Source: an uncultured bacterium
GTDB lineage: Bacteria > Bacillota > Clostridia > Christensenellales > HGM11417
DNA length: 64,000 nucleotides
Assembly (NCBI GenBank): GCA_905215695.1
Contig: CAJMQN010000002.1
Coordinates: 262,610 to 326,609 of the forward strand
Reading direction: 5' to 3'
The notes below the pieces were generated by a model. The model saw only the letters and a list, made by a program, of their open reading frames with translations. It did not search any database and was not told the DNA's origin. Positions 15,011-24,439 of the stretch are shown here, one piece after another. The first letter of the stretch is position 1; each line of letters begins with the position of its first letter. A program made the translations under genes and the position numbers.

Positions 15011-15805
15011 TTATCCTCCAATCTGTACGTCGAGACCGCTCGCCTCTCTCGCGACCTTTGCGAGGGATTCCATGGTCTCCATGGCCGGCGGCACAATGTC
15101 CTTCATAAGGTATTCCCGTCCGAGACCGTCGTACTTGTCCTGTCCCAATCTGTGATACGGGAGCAGATGAATTTTCTTTACGCCCGGAAGACTTGCCGAA
15201 AATATCGCGATGTCCCGGATTTCCTCGGGCGTGCAGTTGAAGGTCGGAATCACCGGCACCCGAATGGAAAGCTGCGTTCTGCCGTCCTGCGCAATCTTCT
15301 TTGCGTTCTCGAGCATGAGCTCATTGGACTTGCCGCAGAACTCGCGGTGCTTTTCCGGGTTCATGTGCTTGATGTCTAAAAGATATTGGTCCAGCCAGGG
15401 CAAAAGCCGCTCAATGATTGAGAACGAAGCGCACCCCATGCTCTCCATGGCGGTGGTCAGTCCGCGCTCCTTTGCCCCGCGCAAAAGCGCCTCGGCAAAG
15501 TCGGGTTGGCAAAGGCTCTCGCCCCCCGAAAGCGTCAGTCCGCCCCCGTCCGAACGCCGGTAATAGGTGCGGTCGCGCTCCACAATCTCCAGAACCTCCC
15601 GCGCGGTCACGTCCTCGCCGATGGTCTTGGGTTTGCCCTGTACCGTCATGGTCTGAATGCGGTACTCTTGGGATTCGGGATTACAGCACCAGCGGCAACG
15701 CAGGACGCAACCCTTTAAAAACACGATGGTACGGATTCCCTTGCCGTCGTGTATGGAGAATCTCTGTATGTCGAAGATTCTCCCCTTGGTATCCAAATAA
15801 TCCAT
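15011..15805 (-). CDS. Glycyl-radical enzyme activating enzyme (radical SAM)
   Basis: 264 aa. Radical SAM cluster CVLRCRWCCNPE. Sits immediately downstream of the GRE (1-nt gap). Confidence 0.9.
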   Translation of the reverse strand: MDYLDTKGRIFDIQRFSIHDGKGIRTIVFLKGCVLRCRWCCNPESQEYRIQTMTVQGKPKTIGEDVTAREVLEIVERDRTYYRRSDGGGLTLSGGESLCQPDFAEALLRGAKERGLTTAMESMGCASFSIIERLLPWLDQYLLDIKHMNPEKHREFCGKSNELMLENAKKIAQDGRTQLSIRVPVIPTFNCTPEEIRDIAIFSASLPGVKKIHLLPYHRLGQDKYDGLGREYLMKDIVPPAMETMESLAKVAREASGLDVQIGG

Positions 15806-15806
15806 A

Positions 15807-18332
15807 TCAGAACCCCTGCTCGGTGCGGTTGATGATGTCGTCCTGCAAAGAGCGGGAAAGCGTTGTAAACAGCGCCGAATATCCCGCCACGCGCACGACG
15901 AGGTGCTTGTAGTTTTCGGGGTGCTTCTGCGCGTCGATGAGGGTCTCGCGGGTCACGACGTTGAACTGCATATGGCTGCCCTTTTGATCAAAATAGGAAC
16001 GGATCAGCGCGACGAAGTTCTCCAGCCCCGTCCGCCCGGCGAGCGCCGAGGGATGGAATTTCTGATTGAACAGCGTTCCGTTGGAGGCAATGTAGTGGTC
16101 GAGACGGGAGACAGAGTTCGCCGCCGCCGTCGGACCGTGCGTGTCCTTGCCCGCGGAGGGAGAAACACCGTCCGCGACGGGCTTGCCCGCGAGCCGCCCG
16201 TCCGGGGTCGCCCCCGTCTGTGCGCCCAGCGGAACGTTCGCCGAGACCGGATACAGCCCCGCTTGGAAGGTGCCGCCGCGCGGGTTCTTGAAATTCTGGA
16301 GGGGGCGCGTGTAGGTGTACGCCACGTCCCGCGCGAACGCATCTACCTCATCGACATCGTTTCCGAATTTCGGAATCGCTTCGATGAGCTCTAAAAGCTC
16401 GTCGTATCTCTTCTTGTCCTCGGGCGAAACGCTGCCTGCGAGCACTTGCGCGAGCACTGCGGCAATCTGTTCCTCTCCCACAGGCTTGCCCGCCGCCTTT
16501 AGGTTTTTCACGACCTCGACGGTGACGCGCTGCGCCTCTTCCGGGCTCACGCCCCTGCCGTAATTCGCGGCAAGCGCGCGTTTAAATTCCGCAAGGGTCA
16601 CCTTCTTTTCGTCAAAGACCAATTTTTTGATCGCATACAGCGAATCCGCCATATTCGCGACGCCGAATCCCTGCGGTCCGGTGAAGTTATAGACCGCACC
16701 GCCCTCCTGCACGCTCTTGCCCCGTTTCATGCAGTCCTCCACCATGCAGGAGAGGAAGGGAAGCGGGCACCGCTCCGCGTGCGCGACGTCAATCGCGTTG
16801 TCGGCGTTGACGAGGAGTTCGATATTGTAGTTCATCTGCGCCTTGTAGGCGTCGTAGAATTCTTCGAAGGTCTTAAAGTTCTCGACCTCGCCGGTCTTAA
16901 TACTGATCTGCTCGCCCTTGTCCACACCGTTGGAGAACACGAGCTCGAGCGGACGGCACATGTTGAAGAACGCGGCGTCGTGCCACCCTTCCGTCTTGCC
17001 CGCCTTTTGGGGCTCAACGCATCCGATGATATTGTAGTCCCGCGCATCGGCAAGGGTCAGCCCCCTGTTCATGAGGGAGGGAATGATCACTTCGTCGTTA
17101 TAGTACGCGGGCAGTCCCACGCCCGTCCGCGTCAGCTCCGCCGCGCGGATCAGGAATTCGTGCGGAGAACCGTTCCATACCCGCACCGAGAAGGAGGGCT
17201 GCGGAAGAAGCACGTGCATGCTCGCGTTGATACACATAAAGGAGAGGTCGTTGGTCGCGTCCTTTCCCTCAACGTCCTGTCCGCCGGCAATGAGGTTTTG
17301 GAAGAGACTGTACCCCGCAAACCCTTCGGCGGATGCCGCGTCGCGGCACTTGTTGAGGTCGTTGAGTTTGACCCAAATGCAGTCCATGAGCTCCTGCGCG
17401 AACTTTCTCGTCACGCGACCGAGCTGCACGTCCTTTTCATAATAGGGATACATATATTGGTCAAAGCGCCCGGGCGAAATGCTGTGTCCGCTGGACTCGA
17501 GCTGTAGGAGCTGCTGAACGAACCAGAAGGACTGACACGCCTCCCAAAAGCTCTGCGCGCCCTTTGCGGGAACACGGGAGCAGTTCCGGGCAATCGTCAA
17601 AAGTTCCTCCCGGCGCGCGGCGTCGCCGCAGGATGCCGCAAGTTCGTTTGCGAGCGCGGCATACCGATTTGCATATTCGATGACCGCTTCACAGGAGATG
17701 ATGACAGCCTCAAGGAAACGGGATTTCTTGGCGTAATTCGCATCGCCGGGACGGCAGGAGGCAAGCTCCGCCTTCGCCTCTTCGATGATACCCTCATAGC
17801 CGACGGCGAGCACCTTGCCATAGTTGACGGTGACGTGTCCGACGCCGTTATAGAAATAGTTGCCCGGCGTGAAAATGTTGTGTTCGATGGCTTTCTGCGC
17901 CTCGGGCGCCATATAAGAGGTCGCGAGTTCGCTCGTTGTCTTGCCCTTCCAGTAGGCATCCGCCTCTTTGAGCTCCTTCTTGGTCTTTTCCGAAATAAAG
18001 AAGGGGTCGGCGGTACGGGTGGCGACGGTATCGAATTCGGACTCCAGCCATTCGTAGGAAAATTCGGGATAGGTCTGACAGCCGCGGGGCGCTATCGTCG
18101 AACTGCCGACAATGAGCTCCTCGTCGCGAATAATAATAGGAATATTTTTGAGAATGTGGCGGAATGCCTTCGCACGGCGGAGCACGATGGGTTCGTTCTC
18201 CGTTTGCCGGTAAGATTCGGTCAGAAGAATCGCGCGCGCGGATTCAATCTCGGGCATCTTCGCAAACAGATTGTCCACAAGACGGGAAATCCGGGGGCTT
18301 TTTTCAATCGGTTCACTGTTGAATTTCTGCAT
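15807..18332 (-). CDS. Glycyl radical enzyme, probable B12-independent 1,2-propanediol dehydratase (by locus context)
   Basis: 841 aa. Glycyl radical motif RVAGYSALF near the C-terminus and Cys loop IIGCVEP. Substrate assignment rests only on the aldolase/PduP/PduL/shell context. Confidence 0.85.
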   Translation of the reverse strand: MQKFNSEPIEKSPRISRLVDNLFAKMPEIESARAILLTESYRQTENEPIVLRRAKAFRHILKNIPIIIRDEELIVGSSTIAPRGCQTYPEFSYEWLESEFDTVATRTADPFFISEKTKKELKEADAYWKGKTTSELATSYMAPEAQKAIEHNIFTPGNYFYNGVGHVTVNYGKVLAVGYEGIIEEAKAELASCRPGDANYAKKSRFLEAVIISCEAVIEYANRYAALANELAASCGDAARREELLTIARNCSRVPAKGAQSFWEACQSFWFVQQLLQLESSGHSISPGRFDQYMYPYYEKDVQLGRVTRKFAQELMDCIWVKLNDLNKCRDAASAEGFAGYSLFQNLIAGGQDVEGKDATNDLSFMCINASMHVLLPQPSFSVRVWNGSPHEFLIRAAELTRTGVGLPAYYNDEVIIPSLMNRGLTLADARDYNIIGCVEPQKAGKTEGWHDAAFFNMCRPLELVFSNGVDKGEQISIKTGEVENFKTFEEFYDAYKAQMNYNIELLVNADNAIDVAHAERCPLPFLSCMVEDCMKRGKSVQEGGAVYNFTGPQGFGVANMADSLYAIKKLVFDEKKVTLAEFKRALAANYGRGVSPEEAQRVTVEVVKNLKAAGKPVGEEQIAAVLAQVLAGSVSPEDKKRYDELLELIEAIPKFGNDVDEVDAFARDVAYTYTRPLQNFKNPRGGTFQAGLYPVSANVPLGAQTGATPDGRLAGKPVADGVSPSAGKDTHGPTAAANSVSRLDHYIASNGTLFNQKFHPSALAGRTGLENFVALIRSYFDQKGSHMQFNVVTRETLIDAQKHPENYKHLVVRVAGYSALFTTLSRSLQDDIINRTEQGF

Positions 18333-18365
18333 ACTATGTACACTCCGACAGTTATTTTCAAATCT

Positions 18366-18394
18366 ATTATATCCTCCTTACCGCCCAATGTCAA
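18366..18394 (-). promoter_or_regulatory. Consensus sigma70 promoter of the GRE operon
   Basis: Minus strand reads TTGACA (18394-18389), 17-nt spacer, TATAAT (18371-18366). It lies about 30 nt upstream of the GRE start. Confidence 0.6.
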
Positions 18395-18484
18395 CAGAAA
18401 ACAACATAATTCCCCTTATATTTTTTTGATTTTGAACGATTGTGTGGTTTTGGTTTTGTTTTCGTAAAATTTTTGCGAAAAATG

Positions 18485-18513
18485 TTGACAAATTCCCAAT
18501 TTCGTAGCATACT
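18485..18513 (+). promoter_or_regulatory. Sigma70-like promoter of the divergent PHP phosphatase gene
   Basis: TTGACA (18485-18490), 17-nt spacer, CATACT (18508-18513). RBS AAGGAGG precedes the ATG at 18543. Confidence 0.45.
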
Positions 18514-18542
18514 GTTATACGGAATAAAAAAGGAGGCGGAAC

Positions 18543-19250
18543 ATGATCGCCATCGACACTCACACGCACACCGTCGCGAGCGGACACTTCACCACGGACA
18601 CCGTCCGCGACCTCGCGCTCGCCGCCGCCGCCGCGGGACTTCAGGCGCTCGCCGTCACCGACCACGGACCCGCCATCATGAATTCGGCAAAGTCGGGTTA
18701 CTTCCGTTCTCTGCTCCTCGGTACGCGGGAGCGGTACGGCGTCAGACTTTTTTTCGGCGCGGAGGTCAATATCCTGGACGCGTCGGGACGGGTTGACCTC
18801 GACGCGGAGACCATGGCAAAGCTCGACTTTTGTATCGCGAGCCTGCACGTACCCTGCTGTAAGCCCGCGGGAATTGCGGAGAACACTTCCGCGCTCACGA
18901 ACGCGATGAAACACCCCTCCGTGTCCATTATCGGGCACCCGAACGACGCAAAATATCCCGTTGACCTCGAAGAGCTCGTCTCCTGCGCCGCGCGGGAGCG
19001 GGTCATGCTCGAACTCAACGACACCTCTCTCACGCCCGGCAACTACCGCGGGGATGTGCGCGCCGAGGCGAAAGAGATGCTCCGGCTGTGCGCCAAACAG
19101 GGCGTTTCCGTCTCCCTCGGGAGCGACAGCCACGGAAGGGCGCGGGTCGGGAACGTTTCGCACTGCGAGGCGCTGCTCGCCGAAGTCGGATTTCCCGACG
19201 AACTCGTTGCAAACCGCACCCTTGAGGGATTCCTCTCAAGGCTCAAATAA
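18543..19250 (+). CDS. PHP-domain phosphoesterase, YcdX-like
   Basis: 235 aa. IDTHTHTVASGH at the N-terminus, plus later His/Asp motifs (VTDHG, SLH, GHP, GSDSH). Confidence 0.7.
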   Translation: MIAIDTHTHTVASGHFTTDTVRDLALAAAAAGLQALAVTDHGPAIMNSAKSGYFRSLLLGTRERYGVRLFFGAEVNILDASGRVDLDAETMAKLDFCIASLHVPCCKPAGIAENTSALTNAMKHPSVSIIGHPNDAKYPVDLEELVSCAARERVMLELNDTSLTPGNYRGDVRAEAKEMLRLCAKQGVSVSLGSDSHGRARVGNVSHCEALLAEVGFPDELVANRTLEGFLSRLK

Positions 19251-19285
19251 AAGAGGCGTTTCCAAAAGGAAACGCCTCTTTTTTA
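19250..19285. terminator. Bidirectional Rho-independent terminator between convergent genes
   Basis: agaggcgtttcc (19252-19263), loop aaaa, ggaaacgcctct (19268-19279). An A-run and a T-run flank it. Confidence 0.75.
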
Positions 19286-20497
19286 TTTTGCGTACCGCTC
19301 GTACAGTTCGCGGAACACACCGGCAGTCCAGCCCAGCATTTTGGGCGGTTCATACTCGTTGTGTGTGGAGCATCTGCCCGTGAGGGCGCTGTACTTCTCG
19401 CACAGGAAACCCTCCTCCGCGAAGGTTTCGGATACGGCGGTCAAATACTTTTCCGCAACCCGTGCGGCGGCGTCCGCCGCGCCCGCGCGCTCCAGTCCGC
19501 GCACCGCAAAACCGACCAAACACGGCCACATATTCGGATAATCCCATTGAAAAATTTTCCCTGAAGGATACTTTCCGCAGGCGGCAAGTCCGTTTTCGCA
19601 TTCCAGCGCCGCAAGCGTGCGTTCGCACGCCCCGCGGTCCGCACTCTCCCCCGCCCAGTAGGGAAGCAGACTCGCAGCGCTGACCACGGGAGAAAGCTCT
19701 CCGCACACAAAGTCAAAATCCCGATAAATTCCCTCCGAATCCCGAAGCAAAGCGTCCATGCGCGACTTGCGCGTCTCCGCCGCGCGCGCAAATGCGGCGG
19801 AGTCCTCCGCCCTGCCGAGGATGTCCGCGAATTCCGTAAGGATCCTCTCGTTTGCAAACAGAATCGAATTGAGGTCAGCGGGTGCAAAATCCAAAGCCCT
19901 TCCGAGAAATCGGGGCGTAAAATCCCACCCGCTCTCCGCTTCCGCAAACAGATGCAGGGTGCGCAACCTCATGTCCGGAGCATTCGGCTCCAAGACTCCG
20001 CGCGAGGACAGCACTCCGTACATTTCCGATATCTCTTCTTCGGAAGGTTCCGAAGCATACCGCACGAGTCCGCAGGAAGTCGAGCGGCGGGAAATCCAGA
20101 ATTCGTATTCCCTTTTCAGCGTCGGATAGAACTCCTCCGCAACGGAAACCGAGGGAAATCGATCGTAGTAGTCCTTGACCGCCGAGGCGTACAGAGGAGG
20201 CTGCGACCGATTAAGCATTCCTTTCGCATTGGCGTTCGGAATAAATCCGAACCGTTCCACCAAAAATTTCAAGTTCCGAAGATTGTTCAACGCCTGCGCA
20301 GGGTCGTCAAAGATCAGTCCGCAGTTGATGAAATAGGTATCCCAATAGAAGAAAAAGGTAAACATCTGCGTCTCGCAGGGCACAGAGACGGGATAGGGAA
20401 GCTCGACGAGCGCCCCGCCCGCCTCCCACGACCGGACCGTATTTTTCCAGTGCGTTACAATATATTCATTGGTACGTTCCAATCTTTCTTTTCTCAT
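19283..20497 (-). CDS. Trehalase-family (GH37-like) glycosidase
   Basis: 404 aa. FFFYWDTYF and QWDYPNMWP resemble the two GH37 trehalase signatures. Confidence 0.6.
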   Translation of the reverse strand: MRKERLERTNEYIVTHWKNTVRSWEAGGALVELPYPVSVPCETQMFTFFFYWDTYFINCGLIFDDPAQALNNLRNLKFLVERFGFIPNANAKGMLNRSQPPLYASAVKDYYDRFPSVSVAEEFYPTLKREYEFWISRRSTSCGLVRYASEPSEEEISEMYGVLSSRGVLEPNAPDMRLRTLHLFAEAESGWDFTPRFLGRALDFAPADLNSILFANERILTEFADILGRAEDSAAFARAAETRKSRMDALLRDSEGIYRDFDFVCGELSPVVSAASLLPYWAGESADRGACERTLAALECENGLAACGKYPSGKIFQWDYPNMWPCLVGFAVRGLERAGAADAAARVAEKYLTAVSETFAEEGFLCEKYSALTGRCSTHNEYEPPKMLGWTAGVFRELYERYAK

Positions 20498-20518
20498 CTT
20501 ATCCTCCCGACAGCAAAT

Positions 20519-21652
20519 TCAGACATTTTTTCCGAGTACGATACGGCGGTAATATTCCAGTGCGGAAGGGAGCGCATACTTCCGCTCGAGCTCCTCGGGA
20601 GAGACGAAAACCAATTCGCCGAACCCCGCGCACACTCCCCCTGCCTGCGGCGAAAGTTCCGCAAGCCAGCCCGTCATGTGCCACTCGAGGTGCGTGAAGA
20701 TATGTTTCGCCTCCCCGAGCGGGGCAAGGCTCTCCCTTCCGCAGCCGACGGCTCGGGCGGCGTCCGCAATCGAGAGCGTCCCCGCGACCGAGGGAAATTC
20801 CCAGAGCCCCGCGAGAAGTCCGGACTCCGGACGGCGGCGCAGGGCGTATTTTCCCTCCCGCCGCAGAAGAAAGACCGTGCGCGCCTCCGCCTTGCGCGCC
20901 TTTTTTTCGGGACGGACGGGATAAGTGGTCTGTACGTCCAACGCGCACGCGCGGCAGAACCCGGAAAGCGGGCACTCCCCGCACAGCGGTGCGCCGTTCG
21001 GCAGGCATACGCGCGCGCCGAGCTCCATCATCCCCTGATTGAAGTCCCCGACATCGTTTCTCCTCTGCCCGAAGGGAGTGGAGAGAGACAGGGAAAGCCC
21101 CTCTCTCCCCTTAGGCATCGCGTCGCAGAGCGCCCGGAAAATCTCTTTGCGCAGGGCGGGCGACGAAGGGTTTTCCTCGATACAGAGAAGGCGGGATAAC
21201 ACGCGCAGGACGTTCCCGTCCACCGCCGCGACGGGTTCTCCGAAACAGATGGACGAAATTGCCGCCGCCGTATATGGACCGACCCCTTTGAGTTCGAGCA
21301 GTTCCGAATAGCGCTCGGGGAATCCGCCCCGCGCACGGATTTGCGCCGCTGCCGCGCGCAGGTTTCTCGCCCGGCTGTAGTAGCCAAGCCCTTCCCAGAG
21401 TTTGAAGAGTTCTCCCCCGCTCTCCGCAAGGGAGCGCGGGTCGGGGTATCTCTCGAGAAAACGCTCGTAGTAGGGCTTGACTGCCTCGACGCGGGTCTGC
21501 TGCAACATAATCTCGGAAATCCATACCCGGTACGGGTCTTGCGTCCTTCTCCAGGGCAAGTCCCGCGCGCAGCCCCGATACCACTCGACGAGAGGTCCCG
21601 GAATACGGAAAAGGAGCGTTTCCGCTCCCTCCGGCAGTTCGACTTGCTCCAT
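20519..21652 (-). CDS. mutY: A/G-specific adenine DNA glycosylase
   Basis: 377 aa. The HhH-GPD region is WISEIMLQQTRV...GVGPYTAAAI. The 4Fe-4S cluster loop is CLPNGAPLCGECPLSGFC. A NUDIX-like C-terminal domain is present. Confidence 0.85.
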   Translation of the reverse strand: MEQVELPEGAETLLFRIPGPLVEWYRGCARDLPWRRTQDPYRVWISEIMLQQTRVEAVKPYYERFLERYPDPRSLAESGGELFKLWEGLGYYSRARNLRAAAAQIRARGGFPERYSELLELKGVGPYTAAAISSICFGEPVAAVDGNVLRVLSRLLCIEENPSSPALRKEIFRALCDAMPKGREGLSLSLSTPFGQRRNDVGDFNQGMMELGARVCLPNGAPLCGECPLSGFCRACALDVQTTYPVRPEKKARKAEARTVFLLRREGKYALRRRPESGLLAGLWEFPSVAGTLSIADAARAVGCGRESLAPLGEAKHIFTHLEWHMTGWLAELSPQAGGVCAGFGELVFVSPEELERKYALPSALEYYRRIVLGKNV

Positions 21653-21655
21653 GCC

Positions 21656-22273
21656 TTAAATCATCATAATGCCCAGAACCTTGGTGTCCCTGCGGGCGTA
21701 ATATTCAAGCACAGTCTTCAAGAATTTGTGTGTCGTCTTTTTCTGCTTGACCACGAGCATGACAGCGTCGGCAATCTCGTCAAAGGAGAACACGTCCGCA
21801 CCCATGTCGCAGGGCGTTCCCGAGAGAAACACAAAATCGTATCCGCTCTTCAGTGCGTCAATCAGCTTGCGCGTTGGCAGGTCGTCGCCGAGCTGTTCGG
21901 CGTGTGAAACTTCGGAACAGATGACCGAGAGGTTCTCAACCGCGGTCTTCTGCGGAAGCTTGTCTGCACTCGATTTTCCCGCGAGATAGGAATGAAACGT
22001 ATCCTTGGGCGAAATTTTTAAAAGCGAGGACACCGAGGCGTTGATGCGGTCGAGATCGACGACGAGCACCGATTTCCCCACTGCGGTCAGCGCGCAGGCA
22101 AACTTCAAGAGCGCCTCCGCGGTCTCCTGCGGACAGCGGTCCGTGCCTACCAATACCGTGCGCGCCTTCGCCTCCTCCGCCGCGCGCAGAAAGTTTGTGC
22201 GGAGAAAGCGGAGCTGTTCCTTTTCCGCTTGGTCGATTTCGCCGAGGACGAAGGGTTTTACAATCTCGCTCAT
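21656..22273 (-). CDS. BY-kinase (CpsD/CapB)-like protein with degenerate Walker A
   Basis: Trimmed to MSEIVKPF; its start overlaps the upstream stop (ATGA). It is CpsD-like (LRFLRTNF, KSVLVVDLD, YDFVFLSGTP). GTDRCPQETAE stands where PGEGKST is expected, and there is no C-terminal Tyr cluster. Confidence 0.5.
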   Translation of the reverse strand: MSEIVKPFVLGEIDQAEKEQLRFLRTNFLRAAEEAKARTVLVGTDRCPQETAEALLKFACALTAVGKSVLVVDLDRINASVSSLLKISPKDTFHSYLAGKSSADKLPQKTAVENLSVICSEVSHAEQLGDDLPTRKLIDALKSGYDFVFLSGTPCDMGADVFSFDEIADAVMLVVKQKKTTHKFLKTVLEYYARRDTKVLGIMMI

Positions 22274-22947
22274 GACTTCTTTCCTCCTTTCAAAGAGCCC
22301 AGAAACGCAGCTTTGTACCGAGACTCGATCTCTTCCTCGTCGTAGATGCGGGAGTCGAGCAGACGGAAGCAAACGAGCGCCACCCCGAGGATGACGGCAA
22401 GCAGCACCGCGCCGACGAGCGCGGAAGTCAGACGGGGATTGACCGGCTCTTCCACCTCGCGGGGATCATAGACTTTGACGACCGTAATGTAGTCTTTGCC
22501 GAGCACGCGCTCGACCTCGCCGTCAAGGTTGTCCAAAATGGACTGCACGATTCCCCGTGAGAGCGCAAGCTCGCTGGTCGCACAGGTGATGTTCAGAAAG
22601 TCGCTGGAGTTGAGCCGGGAAACGCTGACATAGTCCTCGACGTCCTTGCCCGTCTCCTTGCCGAGAAGTTTGGATGCTCCCGCCGCCTCGAACTGTTTTT
22701 CGAGAAAACTCGGGTTTTTGACCGTCTCGAGAACGTTGGTGATTGCGTTGTTCTTGAGGTCGAGAAAATTTTCTCCCGCACCGCTCAAATTCTCCACCTG
22801 TACCTTGACTTGACAGGTGACTCGATAGGTTTCCGGCTTCATGTCCGCAATCATGAACCCGCCGAGCGCTCCCAGCACCGCCACGGCAACGAACAGCCAC
22901 CACAGGCGGAGAAGGAACATGAAAAGTTTTTTAAAACTGATTTCCAT
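22270..22947 (-). CDS. Wzz/CpsC-like polysaccharide chain-length determinant
   Basis: 225 aa. N- and C-terminal TM helices flank a soluble domain. Paired with the BY-kinase-like gene. Confidence 0.6.
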   Translation of the reverse strand: MEISFKKLFMFLLRLWWLFVAVAVLGALGGFMIADMKPETYRVTCQVKVQVENLSGAGENFLDLKNNAITNVLETVKNPSFLEKQFEAAGASKLLGKETGKDVEDYVSVSRLNSSDFLNITCATSELALSRGIVQSILDNLDGEVERVLGKDYITVVKVYDPREVEEPVNPRLTSALVGAVLLAVILGVALVCFRLLDSRIYDEEEIESRYKAAFLGSLKGGKKS

Positions 22948-22950
22948 ATA

Positions 22951-24417
22951 TTATTCTCCCATATTGATTTTCAGATAAGAGGGCGCGATGCCCCGGAAGG
23001 ACTCCCGCATGGGCGGGGTCTCCTTTTCCGCCGCGCCGAGGAAGAGGAACACAAAAAAGATTTGATATACGATGAAGAAGGTCAAATCCATAAATCCGTA
23101 GAGTTCATAGGCGGCGACGAGCAGGAAGGCAAAGAATTTAAAGACGGACATGCCCTTAAAAAGAAGGCGGTAACGCTGAAAATAGAAGAGCACAAATCCA
23201 ATTACACCCACCACTCCGGCGCTGGAGAGAATTTGCAGGGGCGTGCAGTGCACCTTCCAGAGATGCCCGACAAACCGATCTCCCTCGTAGCCGAGGTATC
23301 CGCACCCAAAGATAGGATTGGCGAGAAATCTATGCCACGCCTCCTCCCAGAGCTCAAACCTGCTGTTGTCGTCAAATCCCTTTTCGAGCATCTGCGAAAA
23401 CAAATCCAAAAGTTCGGTACGGAAAATGAGGAAAACAGTCAAGAGCAAAACGAGAAATACGCCCGCGGAGATGAGCAGTCCCCTGCGGTAAGGAGACTTC
23501 ACGACCGCATAGACAAAGGCGGTAGGGAGGATGAAAACGCCGAACAGCAGGTTGCCGCGGGACATCGTCACGAGCAACGTGACGCCGAAGATAAAAGCTG
23601 CAAGCATGAGCGCCCAGTTGTGTTTCTCCTCCACGCAGAGGTAGAGCGTCGCCGGAATCGCCATCAACAGCAGGGTCGCAATGCTGTTCGTCATGCCCCA
23701 ACCGATGCGCATGCGTTTCGATTCGAGCACATAGGCGAGGTCGTGAACGGTCGAGAAGTAAATGAGCATTTCCGCGACGATGACAAACCCCGCAAACATC
23801 ATGATTTTGCAGGCGAACCGCCGCAGGTCACAGCTTGTACAATTGATGATGAGAAAATAGACGAGATAGACGCCGAATCCCACGGCAAACACCGTGAGCA
23901 TGTTGATTTTGTCGTAATCGGGATTGAGCACCCCGGACAGCAGGCTGACAAGCCCCGCGATCGCCATGCCCATCCAAAGTTTTCCGAAATTCGGCTTGCG
24001 TTTGGCGCGGATGAAGTGCTTGTACAAGTACCACACGAGACAGACCGCTGCGATGCACCCCGCAACGACAATCGTGGTAATATAGGTCTGCGTAACGGAC
24101 TGCGCCGGGGTAAAATCCGGTTCTGCGGGCATCTCTTCAAAAAAATAGGAGAATGCGCCGAGACACACGAGTACAAAAAGGGGTGTCAGGTCCTCCCGAA
24201 AGAGCAGGATAAAACACGCGAGCGCAAGAAGGAGTACAGGACCGGCAATTTCCCAGTGAAGCGCCCAGGACAGCACCACGATTACGCCGGCAAACAGCAT
24301 AAACCAGTTGCTGTCCAGAAACAAATCCACCCACGATTTCAGCCGGGACAGGCGCGCGCCCCCGTCCCGCCCGGAACTCGCGGAAAAATTTTTTTTCGTT
24401 TGTTCAAGTCTTTTCAT
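22951..24417 (-). CDS. O-antigen ligase/polymerase (Wzy_C)-like polytopic membrane protein
   Basis: 488 aa with more than 10 predicted TM segments. The loop TMSRGNLLFG resembles the O-antigen ligase family. Confidence 0.5.
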   Translation of the reverse strand: MKRLEQTKKNFSASSGRDGGARLSRLKSWVDLFLDSNWFMLFAGVIVVLSWALHWEIAGPVLLLALACFILLFREDLTPLFVLVCLGAFSYFFEEMPAEPDFTPAQSVTQTYITTIVVAGCIAAVCLVWYLYKHFIRAKRKPNFGKLWMGMAIAGLVSLLSGVLNPDYDKINMLTVFAVGFGVYLVYFLIINCTSCDLRRFACKIMMFAGFVIVAEMLIYFSTVHDLAYVLESKRMRIGWGMTNSIATLLLMAIPATLYLCVEEKHNWALMLAAFIFGVTLLVTMSRGNLLFGVFILPTAFVYAVVKSPYRRGLLISAGVFLVLLLTVFLIFRTELLDLFSQMLEKGFDDNSRFELWEEAWHRFLANPIFGCGYLGYEGDRFVGHLWKVHCTPLQILSSAGVVGVIGFVLFYFQRYRLLFKGMSVFKFFAFLLVAAYELYGFMDLTFFIVYQIFFVFLFLGAAEKETPPMRESFRGIAPSYLKINMGE

Positions 24418-24439
24418 CTTATATCCCAGTTTTCAAAAT

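Noticed and set aside
18333-18542. Riboswitch or T-box in the GRE leader (for example B12 or sugar-phosphate sensing)
   Set aside because: The predicted 5-prime UTR is only about 25-30 nt from the consensus promoter to the GRE start. The rest of the intergenic region is AT-rich divergent promoter DNA with no conserved riboswitch cores that I recognise.
18378-19163. Minus-strand ORF of 261 aa overlapping the PHP phosphatase gene
   Set aside because: It is antisense to a gene with clear PHP motifs. It is Arg/Gly/Val-rich with no RBS.
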